From NCBI RefSeq assembly GCF_009914755.1, contig NC_060946.1: a stretch of DNA of 64,000 nucleotides, one strand, 5' to 3'. A program made the position numbers and the translations under genes. Every line of letters begins with the position of its first letter. Position 1 is the first letter of the stretch. The notes beneath the pieces are model-generated. The model was not told the origin of the DNA. It was given only the letters and a program-made list of their open reading frames with translations, and made no database searches. Shown here one piece after another: positions 16,895-42,088 of this stretch. The stretch is from the human T2T-CHM13v2.0 reference genome, Homo sapiens.

Positions 16895-17496
16895 CAGGTA
16901 CAGTGGAATTCGAGGTAAACAGCAGAACAGATGCATGCTCAGGTACATTTGAGTTGGAGATAAACAGCAAAACAGATGCGTGCTCAGGTACACTTGAATT
17001 CGAGGTGAACAGCAGTATGCATACGTGCCCAGCTACACTTGAATTCGAGATAAACAGCAGAAAAGATGCGTGCCCATGTACACTTGAATTTGAGATAAAC
17101 AGCAGTATGGATGCATGCTCAGGTACACTTGAATTCAAGGTGAACGGCAGCACGATGTGTGCCCAGCTACACTTGAGTTCGAGGTAAACATCAGCACGAT
17201 GCATGCCCAGATACACTTGAATTCGAGATAAACAGCAGAACAGATGCGTGCTCAGGTACACTTGATTTCAAGGTGAACAGCAGCACGAGGCATGCCCAGA
17301 TAACACTTGAATTCGAGATAAACAGGAGAACAGATGTGTGCTCAGCTACACTTGAATTCGAGGTGAACAGCAGTATGCATGCATGCCCAGATACACTTGA
17401 ATTCAAAGTAAACAGCAGCCCAGGTACGCTTGAATTCAAGGTTAACAGCTGTATGCATGTGTGCCCAGCTACACTTGAATTTGAGATCAACAGCAA
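16895..17496. repeat. 45-bp minisatellite, ~13 copies
   Basis: Unit cag(g/c)tacacttgaattcgag(g/a)t(g/a)aacagcag..atgc(a/g)tgc(c/t); near-palindromic EcoRI core; one dispersed partial copy at 18324-18352. Confidence 0.95.
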
Positions 17497-19585
17497 TATT
17501 GAATTTTCTACCAAAAATGCATATGCTCTGTCTCTGAATAAATGTGCAAGAAATGAAAGTTCTACATGCCCAACAACTCTTTGCTTCCATTTCCTTACGG
17601 TCATGAAGCCACACCTGCCTGGAGCTACTAATCTATTTCCTGAGCATCAGAACCCTCTTGCTCATTTGGGGAATCCATCTCCCTGCAGTTGACCTGTGGA
17701 CCTCCAGCATCCCTGGGCAGCCTGAGGACCCTAAACCCTGTAGTTCAGTTTATGACACGCAGGCTTGGAGGAATTTCCCTCCATAAGGCTGCTGTGAACT
17801 CCCACGCCAGGAGAAATTAAAATTTGTAATACAGCGGAGATCTCTGAATGAGCTTTTCTCCCTGATACATGTCAGCGAACTCAGTGTGTCTTTGGAAATC
17901 CGGAAACCTCCTTTTCTCAGTTCAGGCTGCCTGCATCATGCTGGTTTGCTTCCTGCAACAAAACAGATCATCCAGACACCTCTCTGTTTTCCTTCGGATA
18001 TTCCCCACACTACCACGCCATTCGTGGGCAGGACCTCAGTGCCTGAGGTCAGAATAGAGACACCTCTGACATCCCATGGCTGTACCCACAAATAACCCTT
18101 CCTCGGCAGTCGCTGAAGCCACACCTCTACACAGCTGTCTGTTGTCTTACAGTGGCATAAGCATAAAACAGATTTTTTTTTGACATGTATTATAGCACCT
18201 GCTGGCTTTATTTCCCTCCCTTATACCATAATATTGCTTGTTGATTTGTATCAACGGATTTGCATCTTCTGCCCGCCACACACACACACAGACACATCCA
18301 CCCCACTCCCCCCACTAGTGACTAGGTACACTTGAATTCGAAGTAAATAGCACACACAAGAGATATGTCCAGCACGTGATTCTCACAGGCCTGATTTCAC
18401 AGCGGTGCTGGAGGCAAACCTCGCAGCCTCTAGCCTGTGCAGACCGCATCATGACAAATTGTATAAATATGTGCAAATTGTCCAGATGATGTCATGTGTG
18501 CCCCAGCCTGCTCTCCAAGTGGGCAGAACGCTTCAGGGAAGGTCAGGGCAGGCCTTGCTCTGAATTCAATTGAGGTAATTGCATTCAATTTGCTTAAATG
18601 TATCACAGAGAAAAGCCCTGTCTGTTGATCTCAATCGTATTAAGAAGTTTATTTTCCGCCAGGGCCGGACTCCACGGCCTCACGGAGAGGAAGCCTTCTC
18701 TCGGTTATGTCCTTCTTTCTCCTGCTTGATTCCAGGTCCTGGGGGCAGCCCTGGGAATGCCAGAGAGGGCCCCCCGCCCCCGCCACAAGAAATACCTTAT
18801 GGCTCTCTCCCTAGCCACCTGCAGGGCTCGGAATGGCCGCAAATAAGCATGAGGATTTCTGTGCTTAGGGAATAGTTTGTCAGCTCTTTGCAGGTGTGAT
18901 TTGACGATGCCAGTGAGTGAACAGAGCCTGAGGTTTCACCCCAAAAGATCGTTCTGTGGTTTGCCTACCATGATTCAACAGCCCAGGATCTGCTCGGGCA
19001 CAGACAACCTGAAGTGTAAAGAGGCTCCTGAGAGCCGGGTCCCAGCTCGGACCCAGACACCCCCTCTGCACCGACCCCACGAGCCCCCAAAAGTCATCTC
19101 TACCAGAGGTTCTCCTCATTTCTGAGAAGAGGGAAGCAGGGCCCCTGCGTTTTGAGGTTGCCTCTGGCTCCAACGCGGTGACACGCAATGCCAGCCTCAT
19201 GAGGGTGAGAGTCCTCTGAATGGCCCACGCTCTCTTGTGACAATGACACTTGTCTGTGAAGGAGAAGGCCAAGCTGACTCACACGCTGAGTGCCCCAAGG
19301 ATGAAGGGGGTCCCCGGAGTGGGCACCGCACCTCCCTCTTTGCAGACAAGGAGGGGGCGGCTCTGAGACCCACAGGGATATACCAGAGAGTGCGTGTTAG
19401 GCAGAACCGAACATCCCCAGGAAGGGAGGGAAAAGCAGGTGGCTGATATCTGCAGGGTCCTCTTGTACCTGAAACTCCAAAACTTTACACTATTTTCAGA
19501 ATAACAGCAGCAGCAGATACAAAAGAACTCATGAGGGTTATGTCTTATAAAATAACAGAAAATATCTTAGGCAGACTGGGGAGTT

Positions 19586-22128
<2,543 letters not shown>

Positions 22129-22842
22129 CTGTCTATATACCTTTCTCTCTCTCTCTCTCCACACACACACGCACACACATAATTGTTTTTGTAAGCATCT
22201 GGAGAATACGTCTAATCATCTAATCTCCCATTTCAATTTGGGATCCATTACTTCCACAGTCAACACTATCCAATTAGCAATAGCCACTTAAACACTTCAG
22301 GCATCTTGGAATGTCTGTTTTTCTAAGCCAAGATCTAAAACCTTGGATGTCAGATTTTCCAGATCTCCTGTTTTGGGGACTGGTGTGAAAACGTCATTCG
22401 ATGACAGGCCGAACCAGGTGGCCCCTGCCTTAACATCAAACGCCATCAAACTCTCCGAACACGCTTCTGGCTCCAGGCAGGTGCCGTTTTTCTCCCCACA
22501 GAAAGGTCAGCTAGAGTCACCCTTAAAATAATGCACTTGTATATTTTTTATTGTGTGGACAAGAAATTGGGAACAGGTTCAGGCTGCTCAGAAAAACGTG
22601 TTAAGTTTATTTTTGAACAGAGGTTTATTAAAAAAAAAAAAAAAGCCAAGGAAAGTCATGCATGGTTTTGAGCTTCTGCCTCGCAGTACCTGGTAGATGC
22701 TGGTGTTGCAAAGTGGACACAGCAATTTGATCCCTTCCCTGGGTCACCAGGGAAACCTGTGCCCCACACTTGTCTCAGCTGCAGATGTGTAAAAGCGGCT
22801 GAGATGGTTTCTTCTAGAAGTGAGTTAAAAAGGACTGTAAGG

Positions 22843-23464
<622 letters not shown>

Positions 23465-23692
23465 GGACTGTAAAACCACTTGTCCTAACCATGCTGGTTT
23501 GTGGATCTTGTTGATCCCTGGGAGACCCAGTGTGGGGCTGTGACTCACAAACTTCCCTAATGTGGGGCCTTGAGTGTATAATCAACACTCTCGCGTCTGA
23601 AGTTAACTGGGATGCTGGTTTCCTGCAGACATCTTCCAGGGAGAAAAAGCCGAGATGCTGCTGGCTGCATGGGTCCCCCATGGAGTCACTTA

Positions 23693-24700
<1,008 letters not shown>

Positions 24701-24709
24701 ATAACATAA

Positions 24710-25740
<1,031 letters not shown>

Positions 25741-25856
25741 CAGGCAGATGCAGATACATGATTTACGTGGACTCAATGGCTAATAGAGATGACGTTCACC
25801 TGGAAACTCTACAGATGGGACCTTGACTAGCTAAGTCTAGGCTGACTGGAGAGTTC

Positions 25857-26472
25857 CTATCTGTCTATTATCTATCTATCATCTATCAATCAATTTATCT
25901 ATCTACTATCTATCTATGTATCTATATATCTAACATCTATCATCTTTCTATCAATCATCTATCATCTATATATCAATCATCTATCATTTATCTATATATT
26001 CATCTATCATCTACCTATCATCAATCTATCATCTATGTATCTAACATCTATCATCTTTCTATCAATCATCTATCAATCATCTATCAACTATCAATCATCT
26101 ATCATCTATCTATATATTCATCATCTATATCTATCAATCAATCATCTATGTATCTATCTATCCACCTACCTATCTATCAATAAATATTGATAGATAGGTA
26201 GGTGGATAGATAAACAGCCCTGATGAGGGCTCTCCTTTGCCTCCAAGATGGCGCCTTCCTGATGAATCTTCCAGAAGAAACACCTTGTCTTTACATGAAG
26301 ACCACCTATCTATCTATGTCTGTGTCTATCCATTCATCCATCTATCCATTCATCTATCTAATGTATTCTCTGTGTATTTATCTATTAAATCTATAATCTA
26401 TGTATCAATTATCTATCTGTCATCTATCTATCTGTCTAGCTAGCTGTCTATCTGCCTATCCTCTCTCTACTA
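25857..26472. repeat. Second (TCTA)n array, paralogous to 19586-20090, with inserted hairpin
   Basis: Shares left border and internal modules with the first array. Confidence 0.85.
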
Positions 26473-26874
26473 CCAGGAGTTCATCGGTGGGTCTTGATCC
26501 TCTCACTTGGTAAGTATCATCACAGCTTAGAATCTCACGTCTTCACCATCACCTCCTCTCTGTCCTATATAATTAGTTCCAAGGGTCTTAATTAGGCACT
26601 TATGTAACCCAGCACTGCTTATTGCAAAAGTTGAATCTCCAATGAAAGGTTCTTAGCCTCCATGGAGATCCTGAGATTCTCTGCTTGGCTGTTCCCAACT
26701 TCCATGTCAACCTGGGGCTTGGGGCAACCCCTTCTCCATCTGGCATCTTGCCTCCTCCTTGGTGGCCTGGGCCAAGACTCTGTTCTCCCTGCCTGCCCGA
26801 GTCTCCATAAGCAAGGTTGCACTGCTCATTTAGATCTCAGATCTGTGGAGCTGACTGAGTTTCTGCATGCCTTA

Positions 26875-27414
<540 letters not shown>

Positions 27415-27683
27415 TTATCGCTGTGACAGCTTGGAATCCCAGAACCCACAGGAACTCCGAGCACCTGTCACCCTCCTCACCGGTGCCCATTGAGGAGGGT
27501 GGCAAGGTGCTCCAATGACCATCACAGGTGGCATCTCACTTTCATCTTAGTGGGCTGCCGAGGGTAGTGGCATCCTTGTAAATCCTAGCACTTTCTATGA
27601 AACACAAAAAGTTAAGAGTTTGGGGACTGGGGACAACATGGCTGAACAACTCTTAATTTTATGTATATATGTATGCATGTATT

Positions 27684-29250
<1,567 letters not shown>

Positions 29251-29315
29251 TCATCCCTTTTCTTCCAAAAGATGCCCTGGAATTGGAACAGAGAGAAAAT
29301 ATCTTCCAGGAGAGC

Positions 29316-29822
29316 TGTCTCTCTCTGTGTCTCTCTCCCCCCTCTCTCTCCCCTGTCTCTCTCTCTCCGCTCTCTCTCCTCTGTCTCTCTCTCTCCCCTC
29401 TCCCGTCTCTCTCTCCCCTCTCTCTCTCTCCCCTGTCTCTCTCTCTCTCTGTCTCTCTCTCTCTCCCTGTCTCTGTCTCTCTCCTCCCTCTCTCCTGTCT
29501 CTCTCTCCCCTGTCTCTCTGTCTCTGTGTCTCTCTCTCTCCCCTCCCTCTCCCGTCTCTCTCTCCCCTCCCTCTCCCGTCTCTCTCTCTCCCCCCTCTGT
29601 CTCTCTCCCGTCTCTCTCTCTCCCCCCTCTCCCCTCTGTCTCTTTCTCTCCCCCCTCCCCTCTCTTTCTCTCTCTCTCTCCCCTCTCTTTCCCCGTCTCT
29701 CTCTCTCCCCTCTCTCTCCCCATCTCTCTCTCTCTCCCCTCTCTGTCTCTCTCTCTCTCTCTCTTCCCTGTCTCTCACTCTCTCCCCCCCCTCCCCTGTC
29801 TCTCTGTCTCTCTCTCTCTCTC
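29316..29822. repeat. (TC)n-rich polypyrimidine tract
   Basis: ~500 bp almost entirely C/T with sparse G. Confidence 0.95.
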
Positions 29823-30179
29823 CAACCAGAGCAGCTGTGGGACCGCCCATCACAAGAGGCCACATAACTTCCCTTCATCAGTTTCCAGCAATCAGCTGGG
29901 AAAATTGTCCCATATGTGGGAGTGCCAAGTGGGGTGCAGGGTTAGGGCTGGGACACAGGCCACAGCGAGGTTACTGTCTGGCTGCAATTACGTGCACGCT
30001 GCGGGAATCCGGGGGTGCCTTGGGGAGCTGTTGCACTCCGGTTCTTTATAATTGCATGCTCGGAAATTACTCACCCTGCAACGTCTTGGGGCCTTCCCGG
30101 TTCAGCATCTGCCCACGTGTTCCCCGAGGAGGAACAGCCTAGTCTTGGCGGGTTTGGAGCATCTCCACTGTGTTTATTA

Positions 30180-32319
<2,140 letters not shown>

Positions 32320-32654
32320 TTAAAGTAAAGGTGGTGTCTTATCCTCAGCTGTCTCTGTGCACAGGGCCAGAGGAAGGAGTCTTGAGTTTCTTGGAAACAG
32401 TACCTGGCTGTAGTGCGGCTTAATCTCTGTCTCTTGAGCTGACCAGCCAGGTGAATTTGCCCCAAGTCACATTGGAAAAAGCTGGGCCTCTCTGCTCAGC
32501 AAACTGGGAGAGAAAAATTACAATCAGATTGGGTGCGCTCATTACTCCGACGGCAAACACTGAAAAAAATGCCTTAGGTTATTTATTTATCTCGTTATTG
32601 ATGTATTGGTGTGAATTACATCACTGAAGTACTTTGAAATATGTAGCTTTGCCA

Positions 32655-34314
<1,660 letters not shown>

Positions 34315-34825
34315 TTAAACAACAACAATGCTTAAGTGTTAAACAACAATAACAAAAAAGGAAACCATTAGAGGATTCTGTCAGTGATTCATGGAGACTG
34401 GCTTGGCGAATGCCGTTGAAAAGAAGGGCCATCCTCCCAGACTCCAGGTGATAGACAGGTGGACGCCTAAGAGGAAAGCATTTATTTTCCATGTTTAAAT
34501 CGTTATTAATCAAGACACATACTGCAAAACATTTCTTGGAAGGGAGCAACGTGAACCAGCCATGGGCTGCCTGAAGAGCCCCAGATGTAAACCATTACAT
34601 TATCTGAGGATTAAAGTGTGTTCACATTTCCAGTTTTGCCCATCAGGAAGGCATGTGATTTGAAAGTGTAATTGGCCAATGTCATTTTTGGGGAAACGCA
34701 CAGCGTGCTGTGGACGTATTAACTTACTGTAAAGAATGTATGGGGCGTGTGGCCTCCTTGCAGGATTCTGGGACATGGGGTGAAGTCCCCACTATCAATG
34801 GGCACCCACAGGTGTGTGGATACCC

Positions 34826-35912
34826 CACCCACCAGAGGCTCCAGCATGATTTACCCACCAGAGGCTCCAGCATGATTTACCCACCAGAGGCTCCAGCATG
34901 ATTTACCCACCAGAGGCTCTAGCATGATTTACCCACCAGAAGCTTCAGCATGATTTACCCACCAGAGGCTCCAACATAATTTACCCACCAGAAGCTCCAG
35001 CATGATTTACCCACCAGAGGTTCCAGCATGATTTACTCACCAGAAGCTCCAGCATAATTTACCCACCAGAAGCTCCACCATGGTCCACCCACCAGAAGCT
35101 CCAGCATGGTCCACCCATCAGAAGCTCCAGCATAATTTACCTCCAAGAAGCTCCCACTATGGTCTACTCACCAGAAGCTCCAGCATTGTCCACCCACCAG
35201 AAGCTCCAGCATGGTCCATCCACCAGAAGCTCCAGCATGATCCACCCACCAGAAGCTCCAGCATGATCCACCCACCAGAAGCTCCAGCATGGTCCACTCA
35301 CCAGAAGCTCCAGCATGGTCCACCCACCAGAAGCTCCAGCATAATTTACCCATGAGAAGCTCCAGCATGGTCCACCCACCAGAAGCTCCAGCATGATTTA
35401 CCCACGAGAAGCTCCAGCATAATTTATCCACCAGAAGCTCCACCGTGGTCTACTCACCAGAAGCTCCAGCATGATTTACCCACCAGAAGCTCCAGCATGA
35501 TTTACCCCACCAGAAGCTCCAGCATGCTCCACCCACCAGAAGCTCCACCATGGTCTATCCACCAGAAGCTCCACTATGGTCCACCTACCAGAAACTCCAG
35601 CATGCTTCACCCACCAGAAGCTCAGCATGGTCCATCCACCAGAAGCTCCACCATGGTCTACCCACCAGAAGCTCCACCATGGCCCACCTACCAGAAGCTC
35701 CAGTATGGTTCACCCACCAGAAGCCCCAGCATGGTCCACCCACCAGAAGCTCCACCATGGTCTACTCACCAGAAGCTCCAGCATTATTTACCCACCAGAA
35801 GCTCCACCATGGTCCACCCACCAGAAGATTCAGCATCGTCCACCCACCAGAAGCTCCAGCATCGCCCACCCACCAGAAGCTCCATCATGGTCCACCCACC
35901 AGAAGCTCCAGC
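34826..35912. repeat. 26-bp minisatellite, ~42 copies
   Basis: Unit ccaccaga(a/g)gctccagcatg(atttac/gtccac). Confidence 0.97.
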
Positions 35913-36087
35913 TTCTTCTAAAAAGCTGATGCTGTTTGCCGTATTTGCTTTCTTTTTCTGGGAGGTGGAGGTTGCAGTGAGCCAAGATTGCACCACTGTA
36001 CTCTGGCCTGAGCAACAAAGGCAGAGACTCCATCTCAAACAAACATACAAACACAACAAAAACAAACAAACAAACAAACAAAAACAC

Positions 36088-37078
<991 letters not shown>

Positions 37079-37276
37079 GATTTTTTTTCCTGGTGTTACC
37101 CACATCATGAAGAATATTGTTTTTTCACCCCACTGATGCTTGGAACCACTTGTCAAGCAGTTTTCTCATATTGTTTTATTTAAATAGAAGGAAGAAGGGA
37201 AGACTCTGACCTTCCAGGGTACCTGGGGAGGTAAGAAGTAATCTATGTAACAGGAATGGGGAAAGAGAGCAGGTAG

Positions 37277-37827
<551 letters not shown>

Positions 37828-38031
37828 GTTGACTGCTTTTGTAATCAAGAAACCTTGTGATATATAAATAGCCACTTTCCAAAAAAAAAAAAAAATCACC
37901 AGAATACCTCCAGTATTGACAAGCTGTGGGGTGTTGAGAGAATTCGAGATTGTCTTAGCAGCCTGGGACCTTTCCGTAGTCCTGAACAGAACAGTGGACG
38001 ATGATCTCATTGTTGAATCAGGAGGATGTGC

Positions 38032-38477
38032 TCCTATTCACAACAGCAAAGACTTGGAACCAACCCAAATGCCCATCAGTGATAAACTGGATAAAGAAAA
38101 TGTGGCACATAGACACCATGGAATACTATGCAGCCATAAAAAGGGATGCATTCATGTCCTTTGCAGGGACATGCATGAAGCTGGAAGCCATCATTCTCAG
38201 CAAACTAACACAGGAACAGAAAACCAAACACCGCATGTTCTCACTCATAAGAGGGAGTTGAACAATGAGAACACATGGACACAGAGAGGGTAACATAACA
38301 CACTGGGGCCTGTCTGGGGGTTGGGGGAAAGGGGAGGGACAGAATTAGGACAAATACATAATGCAGGCAGGGTTTAAAACCTAGATGATGGGTTGATAGG
38401 TGCAGCAAACCACCATGGCACATGTATACCTATGTAACAAACCTGCACGTTCTGCAAATGTATACCATAACTTGAAG
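38032..38477 (+). mobile_element. L1PA (PA7-10-like) 3' end
   Basis: [25 protein letters not shown]; 3'UTR ggtgcagcaaaccaccatggcacatgtatacc. Confidence 0.9.
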
Positions 38478-38850
38478 TGAAGAAGGAGAAGGAGAAGGAG
38501 GAGAAGGAGAAGGAGAAGGAGAAGGAGAAGGAGAAGAAGAAGAAGAAGAAGAAGAAGAAGAAGAAGAAGAAGAAGAAGGAGAAGGAGAAGGAGAAGGAGA
38601 AGGAGAAGGAGAAGAAGAGGAGGAGGAGGAGAAGGAGGAGGAGGAGAAGGAGGAGGAGGAAGGGGAAGGGGAAAAAGAAGAAGAAGAAGGAGAGGAGGAA
38701 GAAGAGGAAGAGGGAGAAGAGGTAGAAGAAGGAGAAGAAAGAGAAGGAGAGGAGGAAGGGGAAGAAGAGGAAGAAGAAGAAGAAGGAGAAGGAGAAGGAG
38801 AAAAGAAGGAGGAGGAGGAGCGGGAGGAGCAGGAGGAGAAGAAGAAGGAG
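38478..38850. repeat. (GAA/GGA)n polypurine tract containing (GAA)15
   Basis: Replaces the L1 A tail; pure GAA run 38533-38577. Confidence 0.95.
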
Positions 38851-39218
38851 GGTGTGTTCACATGGAAATTTGCTTCTAGCACCCAGTGGTTAAAAGGCAC
38901 GCAAAACCTGTAATCACAGAGAGGGTGGTGATGATGGTTTTTAAACATGTCATTCATTTGGAAGAAAACACTTGTGTCTTTACTTGTCTAGATGTAATGC
39001 CAAGTACCCACCCTTCCTGTATAGACAGAACTTCATTTACTATTTATTCAAGTTCCTCAAAGAGCAGGGTGAAATAGTTCCCTTTTCTATTTGGGGGGAA
39101 ATGGGTTATTATTTACGGGGGTTTTGTTAAGAGAATTGTAAATGATTTCTTCCCTGTCATCTGTCCAAACAGCTCAAGGGGGAACTTTATTAGAACCAAA
39201 GCATGTATTAAAAAGTCT

Positions 39219-39515
39219 CGGCCAGGCACGGTGGCTCACATCTGTAATCCTAGCACTCTGGGAGGCCGAGGTGGGGGGATTACCTGAGGTCAGGAGTTCA
39301 AGACCAGCCTGGCCAAGAAGGTGAAACCTGTGTCTACTAAAAATACAAAAATTAGCCGGACAAGGTGGAAGGTTCCTGTAATCTCATCTGCTCGGGAGGC
39401 TGAGGCAGAGAATTGCTTGAACGCAGGAGGCAGAGGTTGTGGTGAGCCGAGATCGTGCCACTGCACTACAGCCAGGGTGACAGAGTGAGACTCTGTCTAA
39501 AAAATAAAAATAAAA
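39219..39515 (+). mobile_element. AluS
   Basis: Alu consensus with cctgaggtcaggagttcaag. Confidence 0.9.
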
Positions 39516-39640
39516 ATGAAGTCTCTAAAATCTTCATTGAAAACTCATTTCGTCTCAAGACATCATTTATTTTGCAAATGTATTCTTCATGGTGGCATGT
39601 GAATTTGTAATGTGATATAGAAATTTTGGAATTTACTTTT

Positions 39641-39749
39641 TTGTTGTTTTTTGGTTGTTATCTTTCTTTTTTTAAAATTTTATTATTATTATACTTTAAG
39701 TTTTAGGGTACATGTGCACGACATGCAGGTTGGTTACATATGTATACAT
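39641..39749 (-). mobile_element. Tiny 5'-truncated L1PA 3' end
   Basis: tattatactttaagttttagggtacatgtgcac; 12-bp TSD gaatttactttt at 39629-39640 and 39750-39761. Confidence 0.88.
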
Positions 39750-40142
39750 GAATTTACTTTTAAAAAGTTTTAAATAAGAAGGAAATACTTTCTAGGTAAA
39801 TTTAATTGTATATAGAAGACCTAATGGGTGAGAATCTGCCTTGAAAGCTGGAGACACGTCAATAAATAAGAATACACAATTAGAATAAGAAAGAGTAACA
39901 AACACTCTGCCCTCTAAAGCTTCCATCCTGCTTGGAGAAACCAAGAAAAACCCGAGAATCTTGGCCAAATACAATCTAGGGTAATGCAGTCAGGGAGCTG
40001 TCTGGTGAGTGTTGGAGGCCCCATAGGAACGCTGAGGAAGAAGAAGTTGAGGAAGAAGAAGACGCTTGTCACTAGAATTCTAAGAATAAGAAAGGACAAA
40101 GACAAAGTGATTTCACCAACGATGTCCAAGTTCTAATTATCT

Positions 40143-41232
40143 CGTGGTAGACAGAATAATGGCCCCAAAGATATCCATGTCTTAATCCCCATGTGGTAGA
40201 CAGAATAATGGCCCTAAAGATGTTACCAATATCCTATTCCCCATGTGGTAGACAGAATAATGTCCCCAGAGATGTCCATGTCCTAATCCCCATGTGGTAG
40301 ACAGAATAATGGCCCCAAAGATGTCCACATCCTAATCCCCATGTGGGAGACAGAATAATGATCCTAAAGATGTGACCAACATCCTATTTCCCATGTGGTA
40401 GACAGAATAATGGTCCCAGAGATGTCCATATCCTAATCCCCATGAGGTAGACAGAATAGTGGTCCCAAAGATGTCCACATCCTAATCCCGTGTGGTAGAC
40501 AGAATAATGGCCCCAAAGATGTCCATGTCCTAATCCCATGTGGTGAAAACAATAATGTTCCCAAAGATCTTCACATCCTAATCCCATGTGAGAGACAGAA
40601 TAATGGCCTCAAAGATGTCCACATCCTAATCCTCATGTGGGAGACAGAATAATGGCCCCAAAGATGTCCACATCCTAATCTCCATTTGGTAGACAGAATA
40701 ATGGCCTCAAATATGTCCATGTCCTAATCCCATGTGGCAGACAGAATAATGGCCCCAAAGATGTACACATCCTAATCCCCATGTGGCAGACAGAATAATG
40801 GCCCCAAAGATGTCCACGTCCTAATCCCCATGTGATAGACAGAATAATGGCCCCAAAGATGTACACATCCTAATCCCCACGTGGCAGACAGAATAATGGC
40901 CCCAAAGATGTCCACGTCCTAATCCCCATGTGGTAGACAGAATAATGACCCCAAAGATGTCCACATACTAATCCCCATGTGGTAGACAGAATAATGGCCT
41001 CAAAGATGTACACATCCTTATCCCCACATGGCAGACAGAATAATGGCCCCAAAGATGTCCACATCCTAATCCCCATGTGGGAGACAGAATAATGGTCCCA
41101 AAGATACCCATGTCCTAATCCTCATGTGATACAGAGAATAATGGTCCCAAAGATGTCCATGTCCTAATACTAGGTAGCAGACAGGATAATGGCCCCAAGG
41201 ATGTCTACATCCTAATCCCCATGTGGTTGACA
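40143..41232. repeat. ~49-bp minisatellite, ~22 copies, from the first ~49 nt of an MLT1 LTR
   Basis: Unit tgtggtagacagaataatggccccaaagatgtccacatcctaatcccca. Confidence 0.95.
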
Positions 41233-41265
41233 GAGTAAGCACCCCCTTCCCCCCCTCAAAAAAAA

Positions 41266-41751
41266 ATCCACATCCTAATTCTAGAAATCTGTAAAAACCT
41301 GTCATGGCTAAAAAGATTTTGCAGATGTGATTAGTTTAAGAATCATGAGATGAAATGACCCTGGATTATCCAGCTGGGTCTAAGATCATCACAGGATCTT
41401 TGTAAGAGGGAGGCAGGAGTGCCAGAGCCAGAGGAGGTGATGTTAGGACAAAAGCAAAGGTCAGAGTCACAGAGAAATTAGAAGATGCTGCACTACTGGC
41501 TCTGAAGTTCAAGGAAGGGTCCAGGAGCCAAGAAATACTCTAGAAACATTCCCCTAGAAGCAGGAAATGGCAAGGAAACTGATTCTCCCCCAGAACTTGC
41601 ATCAAGAGGGAAGTTTTGCTGACACCTTGGTTTTAGGCCAGTGAGACCCAGGGTGGGCTTCAAAACTACAACACTGTAAGACAATACATTTGTGTTGCTT
41701 TAAGCCAATACGAATGTGATCATTGGTGATGGCGGCCAGAGGACACTCACA
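41266..41751 (+). mobile_element. MLT1C/D-type LTR (remainder)
   Basis: ttttgcagatgtgatta, ctggattatcc, ggcaaggaaactgattctcccccagaac, tgtgttgctttaagcca; ends ..cactcaCA. Confidence 0.8.
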
Positions 41752-42088
41752 GAAGGAGTAATGTACTGGAGGTCTGCAGCAGGAATGAATTTGGCATGAC
41801 TGGGGGGATGCCCAAGGGGGCAGCAAAGAAGAACAAGCAAAGGCTAAACGTGATGACTCCTTGTTTTAGAAGAACCCCCTTCAGAAGAAGAATCAGTAAA
41901 GCAAAGCTGAACTCAACTTTGTCTTCTTTTCTTCCCCAGACATAATTTACGTTATTTTATTGGGACCACAGAGTCCCAGTTGGAGCAAGTGACCAGGGAC
42001 AGAGTTACAAAGAAGCCATAGGGAAGTAGTTAGATTGTATTCTGACTTCGATGTGAAATTATTGGCGGGTTTTGAGTGGCAATGAGGG

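Noticed and set aside
16895-17496. CRISPR-like array (palindromic constant part plus variable part)
   Set aside because: The variable parts are homologous to each other rather than unique spacers; no cas genes; primate context
38430-38957. Poly-Ser and poly-Lys/Glu ORFs
   Set aside because: Translation of the GAA/GGA tract
40143-41232. CRISPR-like or novel satellite array
   Set aside because: Head-to-tail units without spacers, matching the MLT1 LTR start
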